Below, piece by piece: positions 1 to 11,534 of a DNA stretch of 64,000 nt (the first letter of the stretch is position 1; the number at the start of each line of letters is the position of its first letter). A program made the translations under genes and the position numbers. This DNA is from Candidatus Multivoradales bacterium (GTDB lineage Bacteria > Acidobacteriota > Thermoanaerobaculia > Multivoradales > JAHEKO01): assembly GCA_965223855.1 (NCBI GenBank), contig CBDCXM010000009.1, forward strand, positions 704,001 through 768,000, in the 5' to 3' direction. A model generated the notes under the pieces. It worked only from the letters and a program-made list of their open reading frames with translations. It was not told where the DNA came from and did not search any database.

Positions 1-2
1 GA

Positions 3-89
3 ACCTGGAAGAAGAAGGTCGACCCGATGGAGGTCGAAAAGCCGCCGATGAAAGACGTCACCCCGGGCGAGGACGGCAACCTCAACTGA
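3..89 (+). CDS. 3' end of a gene truncated by the window edge (function unknown)
   Basis: Open frame ...TWKKKVDPMEVEKPPMKDVTPGEDGNLN* ending at TGA 87-89, with typical high-GC3 codons. Confidence 0.6.
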   Translation, partial: TWKKKVDPMEVEKPPMKDVTPGEDGNLN

Positions 90-201
90 GCCCTCCGCGG
101 AAACCACGGCCGTTTCCGCGCGTAGAAGTCAACAAGACCGAATCCAGGACCCGGTGCGGCTCGATGCCGGCACCGCGGTCACCCCTGACAGGAGATCCAC
201 C

Positions 202-2040
202 ATGCGAAAAACCACCCTTCTGGCCGCGCTCGCCTTCGCGCTCGTCGCGATGCCGGGCGCCGCCGACGACCTCGACTCCCAACGCCAGTCGCTCTTCGAT
301 CGCGGGACGCGCCTGGAGCAGAACGCCGACAACCTCTCCGAGAGCGAGCGGCTGCAGGAGTTCCTCGACCTCTACTTCGAGTACGCGATGCTCGAGTTCC
401 CCGAGTTCGCCACCTTCATCGGCGTGCCGGGCGATCACGGGCGCTGGACCGACAACTCACTCGCCGCCGAGGAGCGGCGCGAGCAGGAAGAGATCCGCGC
501 CTACGAGATCCTCAAGTCGATCGACCGTGAGCAACTCGAAGGCGAAGACCGGCTCAACTACGACCTGCTCCACCACGACATGGGCGAGTCGATCGCCGGC
601 CAGAAGTTCATGAACGAGTTCCTGGTGCTCAACCAGATGAACGGCGTCCACCAGAACATCTCGCAGATGACCGCCATGATGCCCGGGCGCTCGGTCGGCG
701 ACTTCGAGAACATCCTCTCGCGCCTCGACGGTGTCGAGACGCTCGTGACCAACGCCATGGAACGGCTCCGCATGGGGCTCGAGAAGGGGGTCACGCCGCC
801 CAAGGTCACCCTGCGCGACGTACCCGGTCAGATCGAAGCGCTCCTGACGGAAGACCCGAAGCAGAGCGCCCTGCTCGCCTCGTTCCAGCGGATGCCCGAA
901 TCGATCGACGAGAGTGAGCGGGAACGGTTGATGGCGGAGGCCGTCGGCATCTACGAGCGCGAGCTCCGGCCGTCGTTTCAGGCACTCCACACCTTCCTCG
1001 TCGACGAGTACATCCCCGGCGCACGTGAGTCGATCGCCACCCGCGACCTTCCCGACGGCGCCGAGTGGTACGCCTTCAACGCCCGCCAGTCGACCACCAC
1101 CACCATGACGCCGCAGGAGATCCACGACATCGGCCTTTCCGAGGTCAAGCGGATCCGCGGCGAGATGGACCGGGTGATCGAGGAGTCGGGCTTCGAGGGC
1201 TCGTTCACCGAGTTCACCGACTTCCTGCGCACCGACCCGCAGTTCTACTTCGAGACCGCCGACGAGCTGCTGATGGCCTACCGCGACATCGCCAAGCGGG
1301 CCGACGCCAAGATGGTGAGCCTCTTCGGCACCCTGCCGCGCCTGCCCTACGGCATCGAGCCGGTGCCCGACTTCATGGCACCGTCGCAGACCACCGCGTA
1401 CTACCAGCCCGGCTCCCTCGAAGCGGGTCGCCCCGGCACCTACTTCGCCAACACCTACGCGCTCGACACGCGGCCGAAGTGGGAGATGGAGGCGCTCACC
1501 CTCCACGAGGCCGTCCCCGGCCACCACTTCCAGATCGCCCTCCAGCAGGAGATCGAGGACCTCGCCTGGTTCCGCCGCTTCGGCGGCTACGGCGCCTACA
1601 TCGAGGGCTGGGGCCTCTACTCCGAGAGCCTCGGCGAGGAGATCGGCTTCTACGAGGACCCGTACTCCAAGTTCGGCCAGCTCACCTACGAGATCTGGCG
1701 CGCCATCCGCCTCGTCGTCGATACCGGCATGCACTACCTCGGCTGGAGCCGTCAGGAGGCGATCGACTACTTCATCGCCAACACCGGCAAGCAGGAGCAC
1801 GACATCATCGTCGAAGTCGATCGCTACATCGTCTGGCCCGGCCAGGCGCTCTCGTACAAGATCGGCGAGCTCAAGATCAAAGAGCTCCGCAAGTGGGCCG
1901 AGACCGAGCTCGGCGACTCCTTCGACATCCGCGCCTTCCACGACGTCGTCCTCGGCAACGGCGCCCTCCCCCTCGACGTCCTCGAGATCCAGGTCAAGGA
2001 GTGGGTCGGCGGCGTCAAAGACGCCATGGCCTCCACCTGA
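202..2040 (+). CDS. DUF885-family secreted protein (putative metallopeptidase)
   Basis: Signal peptide MRKTTLLAALAFALVAMPGAA after GGAG RBS; motifs LHEAVPGHHFQ, EGWGLYSE, RAIRLVVDTGMH, PGQALSYKIG. Confidence 0.9.
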   Translation: MRKTTLLAALAFALVAMPGAADDLDSQRQSLFDRGTRLEQNADNLSESERLQEFLDLYFEYAMLEFPEFATFIGVPGDHGRWTDNSLAAEERREQEEIRAYEILKSIDREQLEGEDRLNYDLLHHDMGESIAGQKFMNEFLVLNQMNGVHQNISQMTAMMPGRSVGDFENILSRLDGVETLVTNAMERLRMGLEKGVTPPKVTLRDVPGQIEALLTEDPKQSALLASFQRMPESIDESERERLMAEAVGIYERELRPSFQALHTFLVDEYIPGARESIATRDLPDGAEWYAFNARQSTTTTMTPQEIHDIGLSEVKRIRGEMDRVIEESGFEGSFTEFTDFLRTDPQFYFETADELLMAYRDIAKRADAKMVSLFGTLPRLPYGIEPVPDFMAPSQTTAYYQPGSLEAGRPGTYFANTYALDTRPKWEMEALTLHEAVPGHHFQIALQQEIEDLAWFRRFGGYGAYIEGWGLYSESLGEEIGFYEDPYSKFGQLTYEIWRAIRLVVDTGMHYLGWSRQEAIDYFIANTGKQEHDIIVEVDRYIVWPGQALSYKIGELKIKELRKWAETELGDSFDIRAFHDVVLGNGALPLDVLEIQVKEWVGGVKDAMAST

Positions 2041-2064
2041 GCCCAGCTTCAAGAAGTCCTTTCC

Positions 2065-2097
2065 CGGCCGGCCCGCAAGGGCCGGCCGTTCTCTTTT
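2065..2097 (+). terminator. Intrinsic terminator
   Basis: CGGCCGGCCC-GCAA-GGGCCGGCCG perfect 10-bp stem with GNRA loop, followed by TTCTCTTTT. Confidence 0.85.
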
Positions 2098-2137
2098 CCC
2101 CTCCTTCCACCCGGGGTGGAGGCGTGCAACAACGCTA

Positions 2138-2310
2138 GGTCCGCGCCGGCCATTCGCGCTGAGAGCCGAGGGGGCTCGAACCGAGGCCCGAAAGCCTCGG
2201 CGACAGATCGCAGGCCGTCGGCCGAAGGTGAGAGAGCGCGCGTCGACGAGAGTCCTACCGAGTACGCGCGACGTCCCCCTCGGGCTCAGCGCGAATGGCC
2301 GGGGCGGACC
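2138..2310 (+). repeat. Repeat family A, copy 1 (conserved core inside a ~36-bp stem)
   Basis: Arms GGTCCGCGCCGGCCATTCGCGCTGAGAGCCGAGGGGG / CCCCCTCGGGCTCAGCGCGAATGGCCGGGGCGGACC; core matches copies at 10336, 10522 and 11113. Confidence 0.85.
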
Positions 2311-2352
2311 GGCTCCCACCACCATCCTGACGCTCCCCATAGACTCCACCCC

Positions 2353-4746
2353 ATGCCCACCCTCTCCCCAGCCACCGCCCGAGCCCTCGAGCTCCCGTCG
2401 CTGCTCGCGGTGCTGGCCGAGTTCACCACCACCGGCCCCGGTCGCGATCTAGTCCTCGCCCTGACTCCCGACCTCGCCGATGACGAGCTCGATCTGAGGC
2501 GTCGCCGCTACGAGGAAGCCCGCGTCGCCCTCGTCGACGCACCCCTGATCGGCGCCCTCGATGTCGACGTCCCGCTGCTGCTCGAGCGGGTGGCCGACCC
2601 GCGGGCGCTGCTCGAAACCGCCGACGTCCTCGCCGCCGCCGACCTGTTGCGGGTCGTCGGGCGCTGTGCCACCCGTCTGCGCATGGACGACGCCGACCGC
2701 TTCCCGCTCCTTGCCGAACTCGTCGCCGACCTCCCCGAGACCCGCCCCTTCACCCGCCGGGTCGCCCAGGTGCTCGACCCCCGCGGCCGGGTGCGCGACG
2801 ACGCTTCGCCGAAGCTCGGCAAGCTGCGCAACCGCGTCGGCAAGCTGCGCGACCGCGTCTACGGCGAGCTCCAGGGCGCGGTAGGCCGGCACGCCGCCCA
2901 CCTGTCGGAGGAGACCATCCCGCTCCACGAGGGGCGGCTGGTTCTGCTCTTGAAGAGCGGCGCCCGCGGGCAGGTCGACGGCCTCGTCCACGGCCGCTCC
3001 GGCAGCGGCCGCAGCTTCTACTTCGAGCCGCTCTCCGCGGTCGAGAGCAACAACGAGCTGCGCTCGGCGATCGACGACGAGGAGGCCGAGCGCGCCCGTC
3101 TCGTCGCCGAGCTGCTGGAGGCGCTGCGAGAACTCGCACCGGCGCTCGAAGAGGCGGCCCGGATCACCGCCGAGCTCGACGCGCTGCAGGCGCTGTCGCG
3201 CTTCGCCGAACGCAGCGCCGCACGGCTCGCGGAGCTCGGAGACGAACGAGAGTTGAAGCTCGTCGGCGCCCGCCATCCGCTGCTCGATCCCGAGCTGGCG
3301 CCGGAGCGCGAGCGCGCCCTCGGCAGCCCCGGCCACCTGGAGCCGGTCGTGCCGCTCGATCTCGAGCTCGGCGGCGACGGCCGGCTGCTGGTCGTCACCG
3401 GACCCAACGCCGGCGGCAAGACGGTAGCGCTCAAGACCCTGGGGCTGCTGGCCGCCGCCACCGCCTGCGGAGTGCCGGTGCCGTGCGAGCGCGGCACCCG
3501 GCTGCCGCGCCTCGACCATCTCGTCGCCACCGTCGGCGACGAACAGGATCTGCTGCACGACCGATCCACCTTCAGTGCCCGCCTGCTGCGACTCGCCGAA
3601 GCGTGGGAGGCGGCCGGCGAGCGGACCCTGGTCCTGCTCGACGAACTCGGCTCGGGGACCGACCCCGACGAGGGCGCGGCGCTCGCCATCGCGCTCCTGG
3701 CCCACCTCCACGAGTCGGGCTCGCTGACACTCGTCACCACCCACCTGACCCGCGTCGCCGCCATGGCACTAGAGACCGAAGGCGCCCGGTGCGCGGCGAT
3801 GGAGTTCGACGCCCAGCGAGGAGTGCCCACCTTTCGCCTGCGCCCCGGCCGTCCGGGGGCGAGCGAAGCGCTGGCGCTGGCGACCCGGCTCCGCCTTCCC
3901 CAGCGGTGGATCCGGGAGGCCGAGCGCCTCGTCGATCCCGAGCGCCGGCGCCTGCAGGCGGTGCTCGACGAAGTCGAGCGGGAACGCCAGGCACTCGAGC
4001 AGGAGCGAGAGGAGGTCCGTGAGGCCCTCGACGCGGCCGAGGCGACTCGCGCCGAGGCCGACGCCGAACGCGCGGCGCTCGAGAGCGAACGGCGCTCGCT
4101 CGCCCGCCGCCTGAAGGCGCGCTTCGCCGCCTTCGAGGAAGAGGTGCGGGGGCGCCTCACCGCCGCCGAGGCGAGCCTGCGTGAGGAGTTGGCGGCCGGC
4201 AGCCGCAAGGGGGCCGGCGCCCGGCGGGCCGCCGAGCTGCTCGACGAGGCACCGCTCGAACTGATCGAGGGGGAACGCCCCGCCACGGTGCCGATCGAGG
4301 TCGGCGGGCGGGTGCGCCACCGCGGTCTCGGCTGGGAGGGGACGCTCGTCAGGCTCTCGCGCGGCAAGGCCGAGGTCTCGGTGCGAGGCAAGACGATGCG
4401 TTGCGGCGAGAACGATCTCGAAGGTCTCGCAGCCGACGACGACTCGGCTGGGAAGCCGGCTCGTCGACCCGCGACGCCGAAGCCCTCGACCTCCGCCGCC
4501 GGCACCGCCGAGATCGATCTCATCGGTCGCCGCGTCGACGCCGGCCTCGACGAACTCGACCGCCAGCTCGATCGGGCGCTGCTCGCGGGTCACGACACCG
4601 TGCGGGTCATCCACGGCCACGGCACCGGTCAGCTGCGCAAAGCGGTGCGGAAGCATCTCGTCGAGCACCCCGCTGTCCACAGCCACCGCCCGGGGGGAGA
4701 GGAGGAGGGCGGCGATGGCGCGACGATCGTCACCCTGGCGGGGTAG
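2353..4746 (+). CDS. mutS2: MutS2 (MutS ATPase + coiled coil + KOW + Smr)
   Basis: Walker A TGPNAGGKT, STFS, LLDELGSGTDPDEG, TTH, C-terminal Smr IHGHGTGQLR...GGDGATIV. Confidence 0.92.
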   Translation: MPTLSPATARALELPSLLAVLAEFTTTGPGRDLVLALTPDLADDELDLRRRRYEEARVALVDAPLIGALDVDVPLLLERVADPRALLETADVLAAADLLRVVGRCATRLRMDDADRFPLLAELVADLPETRPFTRRVAQVLDPRGRVRDDASPKLGKLRNRVGKLRDRVYGELQGAVGRHAAHLSEETIPLHEGRLVLLLKSGARGQVDGLVHGRSGSGRSFYFEPLSAVESNNELRSAIDDEEAERARLVAELLEALRELAPALEEAARITAELDALQALSRFAERSAARLAELGDERELKLVGARHPLLDPELAPERERALGSPGHLEPVVPLDLELGGDGRLLVVTGPNAGGKTVALKTLGLLAAATACGVPVPCERGTRLPRLDHLVATVGDEQDLLHDRSTFSARLLRLAEAWEAAGERTLVLLDELGSGTDPDEGAALAIALLAHLHESGSLTLVTTHLTRVAAMALETEGARCAAMEFDAQRGVPTFRLRPGRPGASEALALATRLRLPQRWIREAERLVDPERRRLQAVLDEVERERQALEQEREEVREALDAAEATRAEADAERAALESERRSLARRLKARFAAFEEEVRGRLTAAEASLREELAAGSRKGAGARRAAELLDEAPLELIEGERPATVPIEVGGRVRHRGLGWEGTLVRLSRGKAEVSVRGKTMRCGENDLEGLAADDDSAGKPARRPATPKPSTSAAGTAEIDLIGRRVDAGLDELDRQLDRALLAGHDTVRVIHGHGTGQLRKAVRKHLVEHPAVHSHRPGGEEEGGDGATIVTLAG

Positions 4747-4869
4747 ACGAAGGGTGGCCGCGGACGAGAATAGGGCGCGCTCACGGGGCGTTGCGCTGTT
4801 ACGTCAGGACCACTTCGCTTTGATAGAAACGCCCCCGCCATGGCGGTAAGCCTGCTGACACGAGCCCCC

Positions 4870-6687
4870 ATGGGCCGCACCCTCGCCCTCCTGGTCGCCG
4901 TGCTCCTGGCAACGGCTTTCCTGGCAACGGCTTCCCCGGCGACGGCGTTCTCCTCCACCGCTCGCGCCGCGGACACGTGGTTGCGTCTCGACACGCCGTC
5001 GTTCACCTTCTTCAGCAACGCGGGCGACGGCGTCACCCGGCGCTATGCGGCCGAGCTCGAGACGTTCCGCCGCTTCGTCGCCCGGGCGCTCGGCAACGGC
5101 GCCGTCGAAAGCCCGCTGCCGACCCACGTCTATCTGTTCCGCGGCGGCTTCGACGAGGTCAGTCTCGGGGAGGGCAACGTCGGATGGTTCACCACCTCGC
5201 GGCAGGCCAACGTCATCGCCGTCGATACCTCCTCGGCCGAGGGGCTCGAGATCGCGTACCACGAGTACGTCCACTTCGTCGTCGAGAACTCCACTCCGGC
5301 GGTGCCGCTGTGGCTCAACGAGGGGCTGGCGGAGTTCTACTCGACCTTCCGGGTGAGCGACGGCAACGTCGAGTTCGGGCGCGAGGTCGACCGCCACGTC
5401 GACTACCTGCGGCGGCACCGACTGATCCCGTTCGCCGATCTCTTCGCCGTCACCCGCGACTCCGACGACTACACGGAGGAGCGGCGGCGCGGCGTGTTCT
5501 ACGCCCAGTCGTGGGCGTTCGTGCACTACCTGCTGGTCGGGCGGCACGAGTTCGACATCGAGGTCGACGACTTCCTCCGCCGGCTGCGCGACGGAGTCGA
5601 AGCAGAGGAGGCTTACCGCGCCGCCTTCGGCACCTCGACCGTCGGTCTGCGACGCGACCTCGAACACTACGTCTCGCGGCCGGCCTTCGACTTTCTGCGC
5701 CTCGACGGACGCCCGCCGACCCCCGAGACCCTCGGCTGGGCGGCGATGCTCGACGACGCGGAGGCGACCGCCCGCCTCGGACTGCTGCAGACCGCCGGAC
5801 GGGTCGATCTAGCCGCAGCGGCCGATCGATTCCGCGAAGCCCTGGACCTCGACCCGGCCAACGCCACCGCGATGCGCGGCATGGGCGAGTTGGCTCTCCT
5901 CGCGGGCGACGACCGCCAGGCCGAGAGCTGGCTCGCCGAGGCGCAGCGCCATCGCAGCGGCGATCCGGCGCTCTACGACCTTCACGGCCTCGCCCTGCTC
6001 CAGGGGGCGGAGAACCTTCAGGTTGCCGAAGGCGACGCCCAGCGCGCTGCCGAACGGCGCCGGCTCGCCGAGCGCGCCCGTCACAGCTTCGCCCGCGCGA
6101 TCGATCTGTTGCCGTCATTCGCCCCTGCGCTCTCCGGCTACGGCCGCTCGTTCTTCTGGGAGGACGACCCGAGCGAAGGGATCCAGGTGTCGGCGCGCGC
6201 CGTGCGACTGCTGCCGCGCAACCCCTATCTGCTGTCGACCCATCTGGCGCTGGTGGCGCAGGCGGGAGATGTCGAATCGGCGCGGCGCGTCTACGCCTGG
6301 CTCAGGCGGCCGGCGGTACGCGCCGAGCCGCAGGTGCTCGCCGATGCCGACCGCGCACTCTTCAACGCCGAGTATCAGGCGCTGGTGCGAACCCATACGA
6401 CCCCGGCGAGCTACGGCGCACTGCTGGAAGGTCTGGAAGAGCTGAGTCGTCGCGCTCCCGATGCCGAGCTCGCCCGGGACCTCGACGCCAGGCTGGACGA
6501 GCTGCGGACGGTGGTGGAGCGCAACCGCTGGGCCGACACCTACAATCGAGCCCTCGAGCTGCTGGCCGCCGGCGAGCGGCGCAGCGCCCGCCGGCTGCTC
6601 GAAGACGTCGCCGACCAGCAGATCGACCGAGAGATCGCCGACGAGGCGCGGCGGTTGCTGCGAAGCTCCGCCGCCAGCGGTCGCTGA
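4870..6687 (+). CDS. Secreted DUF1570/peptidase MA-like protein with TPR repeats
   Basis: Signal peptide; HEYVH and PLWLNEGLAEF motifs, FYAQSWAFVHYL, C-terminal TPR-like helices; start could be 4840. Confidence 0.75.
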   Translation: MGRTLALLVAVLLATAFLATASPATAFSSTARAADTWLRLDTPSFTFFSNAGDGVTRRYAAELETFRRFVARALGNGAVESPLPTHVYLFRGGFDEVSLGEGNVGWFTTSRQANVIAVDTSSAEGLEIAYHEYVHFVVENSTPAVPLWLNEGLAEFYSTFRVSDGNVEFGREVDRHVDYLRRHRLIPFADLFAVTRDSDDYTEERRRGVFYAQSWAFVHYLLVGRHEFDIEVDDFLRRLRDGVEAEEAYRAAFGTSTVGLRRDLEHYVSRPAFDFLRLDGRPPTPETLGWAAMLDDAEATARLGLLQTAGRVDLAAAADRFREALDLDPANATAMRGMGELALLAGDDRQAESWLAEAQRHRSGDPALYDLHGLALLQGAENLQVAEGDAQRAAERRRLAERARHSFARAIDLLPSFAPALSGYGRSFFWEDDPSEGIQVSARAVRLLPRNPYLLSTHLALVAQAGDVESARRVYAWLRRPAVRAEPQVLADADRALFNAEYQALVRTHTTPASYGALLEGLEELSRRAPDAELARDLDARLDELRTVVERNRWADTYNRALELLAAGERRSARRLLEDVADQQIDREIADEARRLLRSSAASGR

Positions 6688-6798
6688 CGCCGACAGCTTC
6701 ATGCGACCACGCTGCGGCGCGGCGCCGGTTGATACTCTGACGGGCCGACCGCGCCGGCCGACCGTGGACCGACCGGCCGACCGGCCGCCCACCCACCC

Positions 6799-8547
6799 AT
6801 GGCTCTCGGCAACATCCAGCTCACTCCGCAGTTCGTCCAGGCGGTCCGCGACGCTGTCGACATCGTCGACATCGCCGGCGAGCACACCCGGCTGACGAAG
6901 GCCGGCCAGCGCTACAAGGGCCTGTGTCCGCTCCACAAAGAGAAGACACCGTCGTTCTCGATCGAGCCGGTGCAGGGTCTCTACTACTGCTTCGGCTGCG
7001 GCGAGGGGGGCGACGCGATCGACCTCTACATGAAGACCTCCGGGGACGACTTCCCGGCGGCGATCGAGGCGCTGGCAGGGCGTTACGGCGTGCCGCTGCC
7101 GGCACGCTCGAGCGGCAGCCGCCGCAGCGACGAGCCCGACGTAGAGGGAGCGTTGGCGGCCGCCCAGGAGTTCTTCCGCGACCGGCTCTCCCGGCACGAG
7201 ATGCCGCGCCGCTACCTGGAAAAGCGCGGCTTCGACAAGGAGCTCGTGGAACGCTTCGGTCTCGGCTACGCCCCTCCCGGCTGGGAGAACCTGCTCGAAA
7301 CGCTCCAGGGCAAGGTGCCGGTCAAGACGCTCGTCGCCGCCGGCCTCGTCGGCATCTCGCGCAAGTCGGGCAAGCACTACGACCGCTTCCGCGAGCGGCT
7401 GATGTTCCCGATCCACTCGTTGTCGGGCCGCATTCTCGGCTTCGGCGGTCGCGCGCTCGACGACGACAAGGCGAAGTACGTCAACACCGCCGAGACCGAG
7501 CGCTTCCACAAGGGATCGCTGCTCTATGGCATGCACCACGCCAAGCGGGCGTTGCGCGACGGCGGCAGGGTGCTTCTGGTCGAGGGCTACTTCGACCTGC
7601 TCGGCGCGGTCGCCGCCGGCATCGACTGGGTGGTCGCCAGCATGGGGACGGCGCTCACCGAGGAGCAGGCGCGTCTCATGGCCCGCTACGCCGAAGAGGT
7701 CTATGTTGCCTATGACGGTGACGAGGCGGGTGAGCGCGCCGCGCGCAAGGCGCTGCCGCTCCTGCTGGCCCACAACCTCGGCGTGCGGCGACTGCGTCTC
7801 GGGGAGGGTCACGATCCCGACTCGCTGCGCCTCGAGAAGGGAGCCGAGGCGCTGCTCGCAGCGGTGGAAGAGGCGCCCGACGCCGTCCAGCTCGAGTTCC
7901 AGCGGCTCGCCCCGCCGGGAGTCGGACGCGAGCCGCGCAAGCAGGCGGCGGCGGCGCGCGCGATCACCGAACTGCTCGAGCCGATCCCCGACGGCGTGCT
8001 GCGCTTCGGCTACGCCCGCCAGGCGGCCGACCGTCTCGGCGTGCCGTCGGATCTGTTGTGGCGGCGTCTCGGCGGCCGCGCCGACCTCGAGCAGGCACAG
8101 GCGCAGCGCCCGCGCGACACCGTGGTGCGCAGCGAGGAGGAGAAGCTGCTGCGCCTCCTGATCGTCGAGCGGGCCGAGATCGGCGCCGAGGAGTGGCCCG
8201 AACCGGAGGAGTTCTTCGATCGCGAGCTGCGGCGGATCTACGAAGCGTGGCGCCAGCTCGCCGAGGAGGAAGGCGCCCCCGAGCTTCGACCGCTCCTGGA
8301 GGCGCTCGGCGAAGAGGGTTCAACGGTTGCGAGATGGGCTCAGGATGACGTACAATTCCCGGCTGCTCAGGTCGGCGACGAGTACGACGCCGCCCGGGCG
8401 AAGTTGCGTCGTCGTTGGCAGCGTCAACGAGCGCGGGAATTGACGGCGAAAATCGCCGAGGCCGAGCGTCAGGGAGACACGGACACCGTGACCGCCCTGC
8501 TACAGGAAAAGGCCACCCTCAGCCGCGCCCTCCATACACGCCACTAG
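6799..8547 (+). CDS. dnaG: DNA primase
   Basis: Zn finger [11 protein letters not shown]...CFGC, RLMFPI, FGGR, KYVN, TOPRIM EGYFD and YDGDEAG. Confidence 0.97.
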   Translation: MALGNIQLTPQFVQAVRDAVDIVDIAGEHTRLTKAGQRYKGLCPLHKEKTPSFSIEPVQGLYYCFGCGEGGDAIDLYMKTSGDDFPAAIEALAGRYGVPLPARSSGSRRSDEPDVEGALAAAQEFFRDRLSRHEMPRRYLEKRGFDKELVERFGLGYAPPGWENLLETLQGKVPVKTLVAAGLVGISRKSGKHYDRFRERLMFPIHSLSGRILGFGGRALDDDKAKYVNTAETERFHKGSLLYGMHHAKRALRDGGRVLLVEGYFDLLGAVAAGIDWVVASMGTALTEEQARLMARYAEEVYVAYDGDEAGERAARKALPLLLAHNLGVRRLRLGEGHDPDSLRLEKGAEALLAAVEEAPDAVQLEFQRLAPPGVGREPRKQAAAARAITELLEPIPDGVLRFGYARQAADRLGVPSDLLWRRLGGRADLEQAQAQRPRDTVVRSEEEKLLRLLIVERAEIGAEEWPEPEEFFDRELRRIYEAWRQLAEEEGAPELRPLLEALGEEGSTVARWAQDDVQFPAAQVGDEYDAARAKLRRRWQRQRARELTAKIAEAERQGDTDTVTALLQEKATLSRALHTRH

Positions 8548-8590
8548 CGACCGCGTTCTCCCCCCACGGAATCGAAGGAGTCCAAAGAAC

Positions 8591-10288
<1,698 letters not shown>

Positions 10289-10335
10289 GCGTTCGAGCAG
10301 GACCTTCTCGGTAGGACCCGGCCCCCTGACGGCAG

Positions 10336-10472
10336 CGGATCGTTGCCGCCAGGGGTACGTCGCGCGTACTCGGTAGGCACCTTCAGCGCGCGCTCTTTCG
10401 GCGTCGGACGGCCTGCGGTCTAGCGCCGTGGCTTTCGGGCCTCGCCTCGAGCCCCCTGGCAACAACGATCCG
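10336..10472 (-). repeat. Repeat family A, copy 2
   Basis: Reverse complement of the core, closed by arms CGGATCGTTGCCGCCAGGGG / CCCCTGGCAACAACGATCCG. Confidence 0.85.
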
Positions 10473-10521
10473 ACTCTGTAGTCGCGGTGAGTATCAGCGG
10501 ACCGCCTTCGCGAAGGACCTG

Positions 10522-10603
10522 CTCAGTAGGACGAGGGTCAGCGCGCGCTCTTTCGGCGTCGGCCGACGGCCTGCGGTCTACCGGAGTGGCTTTCGGGTCT
10601 CGC
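10522..10603 (-). repeat. Repeat family A, copy 3 (partial core, no clear arms)
   Basis: CTCAGTAGGAC...GCGCGCGCTCTTTCGGCGTCGGCCGACGGCCTGCGGTCTA...GGCTTTCGGGTCTCGC parallels copy 2. Confidence 0.75.
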
Positions 10604-11112
10604 CATCGCCGACCGGAGGTCGGCGCAAGGACACAGCCCCCCAGGGCCGGCCCTGCCGGCCCCCAGGCAGCAGGGAGCCGCTGCCTGGCGATCTACCGCC
10701 TTCTTGCTCTCACGGCCTTCAAAGCAAGGGTCCCAAGGCAACGGGCCAAGCTGCAAGGTCACACAGCTACCCGAGTCGTAAGAGAGAGTGCAAGTCGATC
10801 GAAAGTAGCCGAGGAAGAACGACCGATCCTCTCGACCCAATCGAGAGCCCAAAGCTGCAAGGTCATCGCTCCCAAGAAGGCAAACGAAGCGCTTGCGGTC
10901 TCGTGCATTGAACCGGGCTAGAACCGTTTCGACGCCGAAGAGCGGGAGCGCCAACGCGAACGCAGAGCCAATCAAGGTTACTCGCCCATTGCTCAGCTCT
11001 GCTCGCGGGAACGGCCATGCCGGCCAGGACGAGGACACTCCGCTTGGATGGCTTTTCCGATCTTCCTGCCTAGCACTGCACCTAGCAGGTACTGTCGGGA
11101 GACCCTCAGATA

Positions 11113-11283
11113 GGCCTCGCCCGCCCGGCAACCGGGTGCTCAGGGGGCTCGAAGCGAGGCCCGAAAGCCGTCGTGCCAGATCGCAAGCCGTCGGCCGAAC
11201 GCTGAGAGAGTGCGCGCTGAAGGTCGTCCTACCCAGTACGCGCGACGTCCCCCTGGGCACCGGGTTGCCGGACGTGCGAGGCC
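11113..11283 (+). repeat. Repeat family A, copy 4
   Basis: Core closed by arms GGCCTCGCCCGCCCGGCAACCGGGTGCTCAGGGGG / CCCCCTGGGCACCGGGTTGCCGGACGTGCGAGGCC. Confidence 0.85.
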
Positions 11284-11315
11284 GGTCGTACCACCCAATC
11301 GACGCCCGGCGCTGA

Positions 11316-11344
11316 TTGACACAAGTGCCGCCCCTACTTAGGAT
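11316..11344 (+). promoter_or_regulatory. Sigma-70 promoter of tRNA-Asn
   Basis: TTGACA (11316-11321), 17-bp spacer, TAGGAT (11339-11344), then a GC-rich discriminator. Confidence 0.8.
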
Positions 11345-11380
11345 TGGCGGCCCGACAGCGGCGCGCGCGCCGCACGATTG

Positions 11381-11455
11381 TCCTCGGTAGCTCAGTGGTA
11401 GAGCGGTCGGCTGTTAACCGATTGGTCGGCGGTTCGAATCCGTCCCGGGGAGCCA
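11381..11455 (+). tRNA. tRNA-Asn (GTT)
   Basis: TCCTCGG acceptor stem, D arm TAGCTCAGTGGTAGAGC, anticodon loop CTGTTAA, GGTTCGAATCC T arm, encoded CCA. Confidence 0.97.
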
Positions 11456-11463
11456 TCTGATTC

Positions 11464-11495
11464 GCGGCCGCCCTTCACGGGCGGCCGCTTGCTTT
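11464..11495 (+). terminator. Terminator after tRNA
   Basis: GCGGCCGCCC-TTCAC-GGGCGGCCGC followed by TTGCTTT. Confidence 0.8.
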
Positions 11496-11534
11496 GAAGG
11501 CCCGATCTCCGAAGGCCGAAGAAAGCCACCACGG

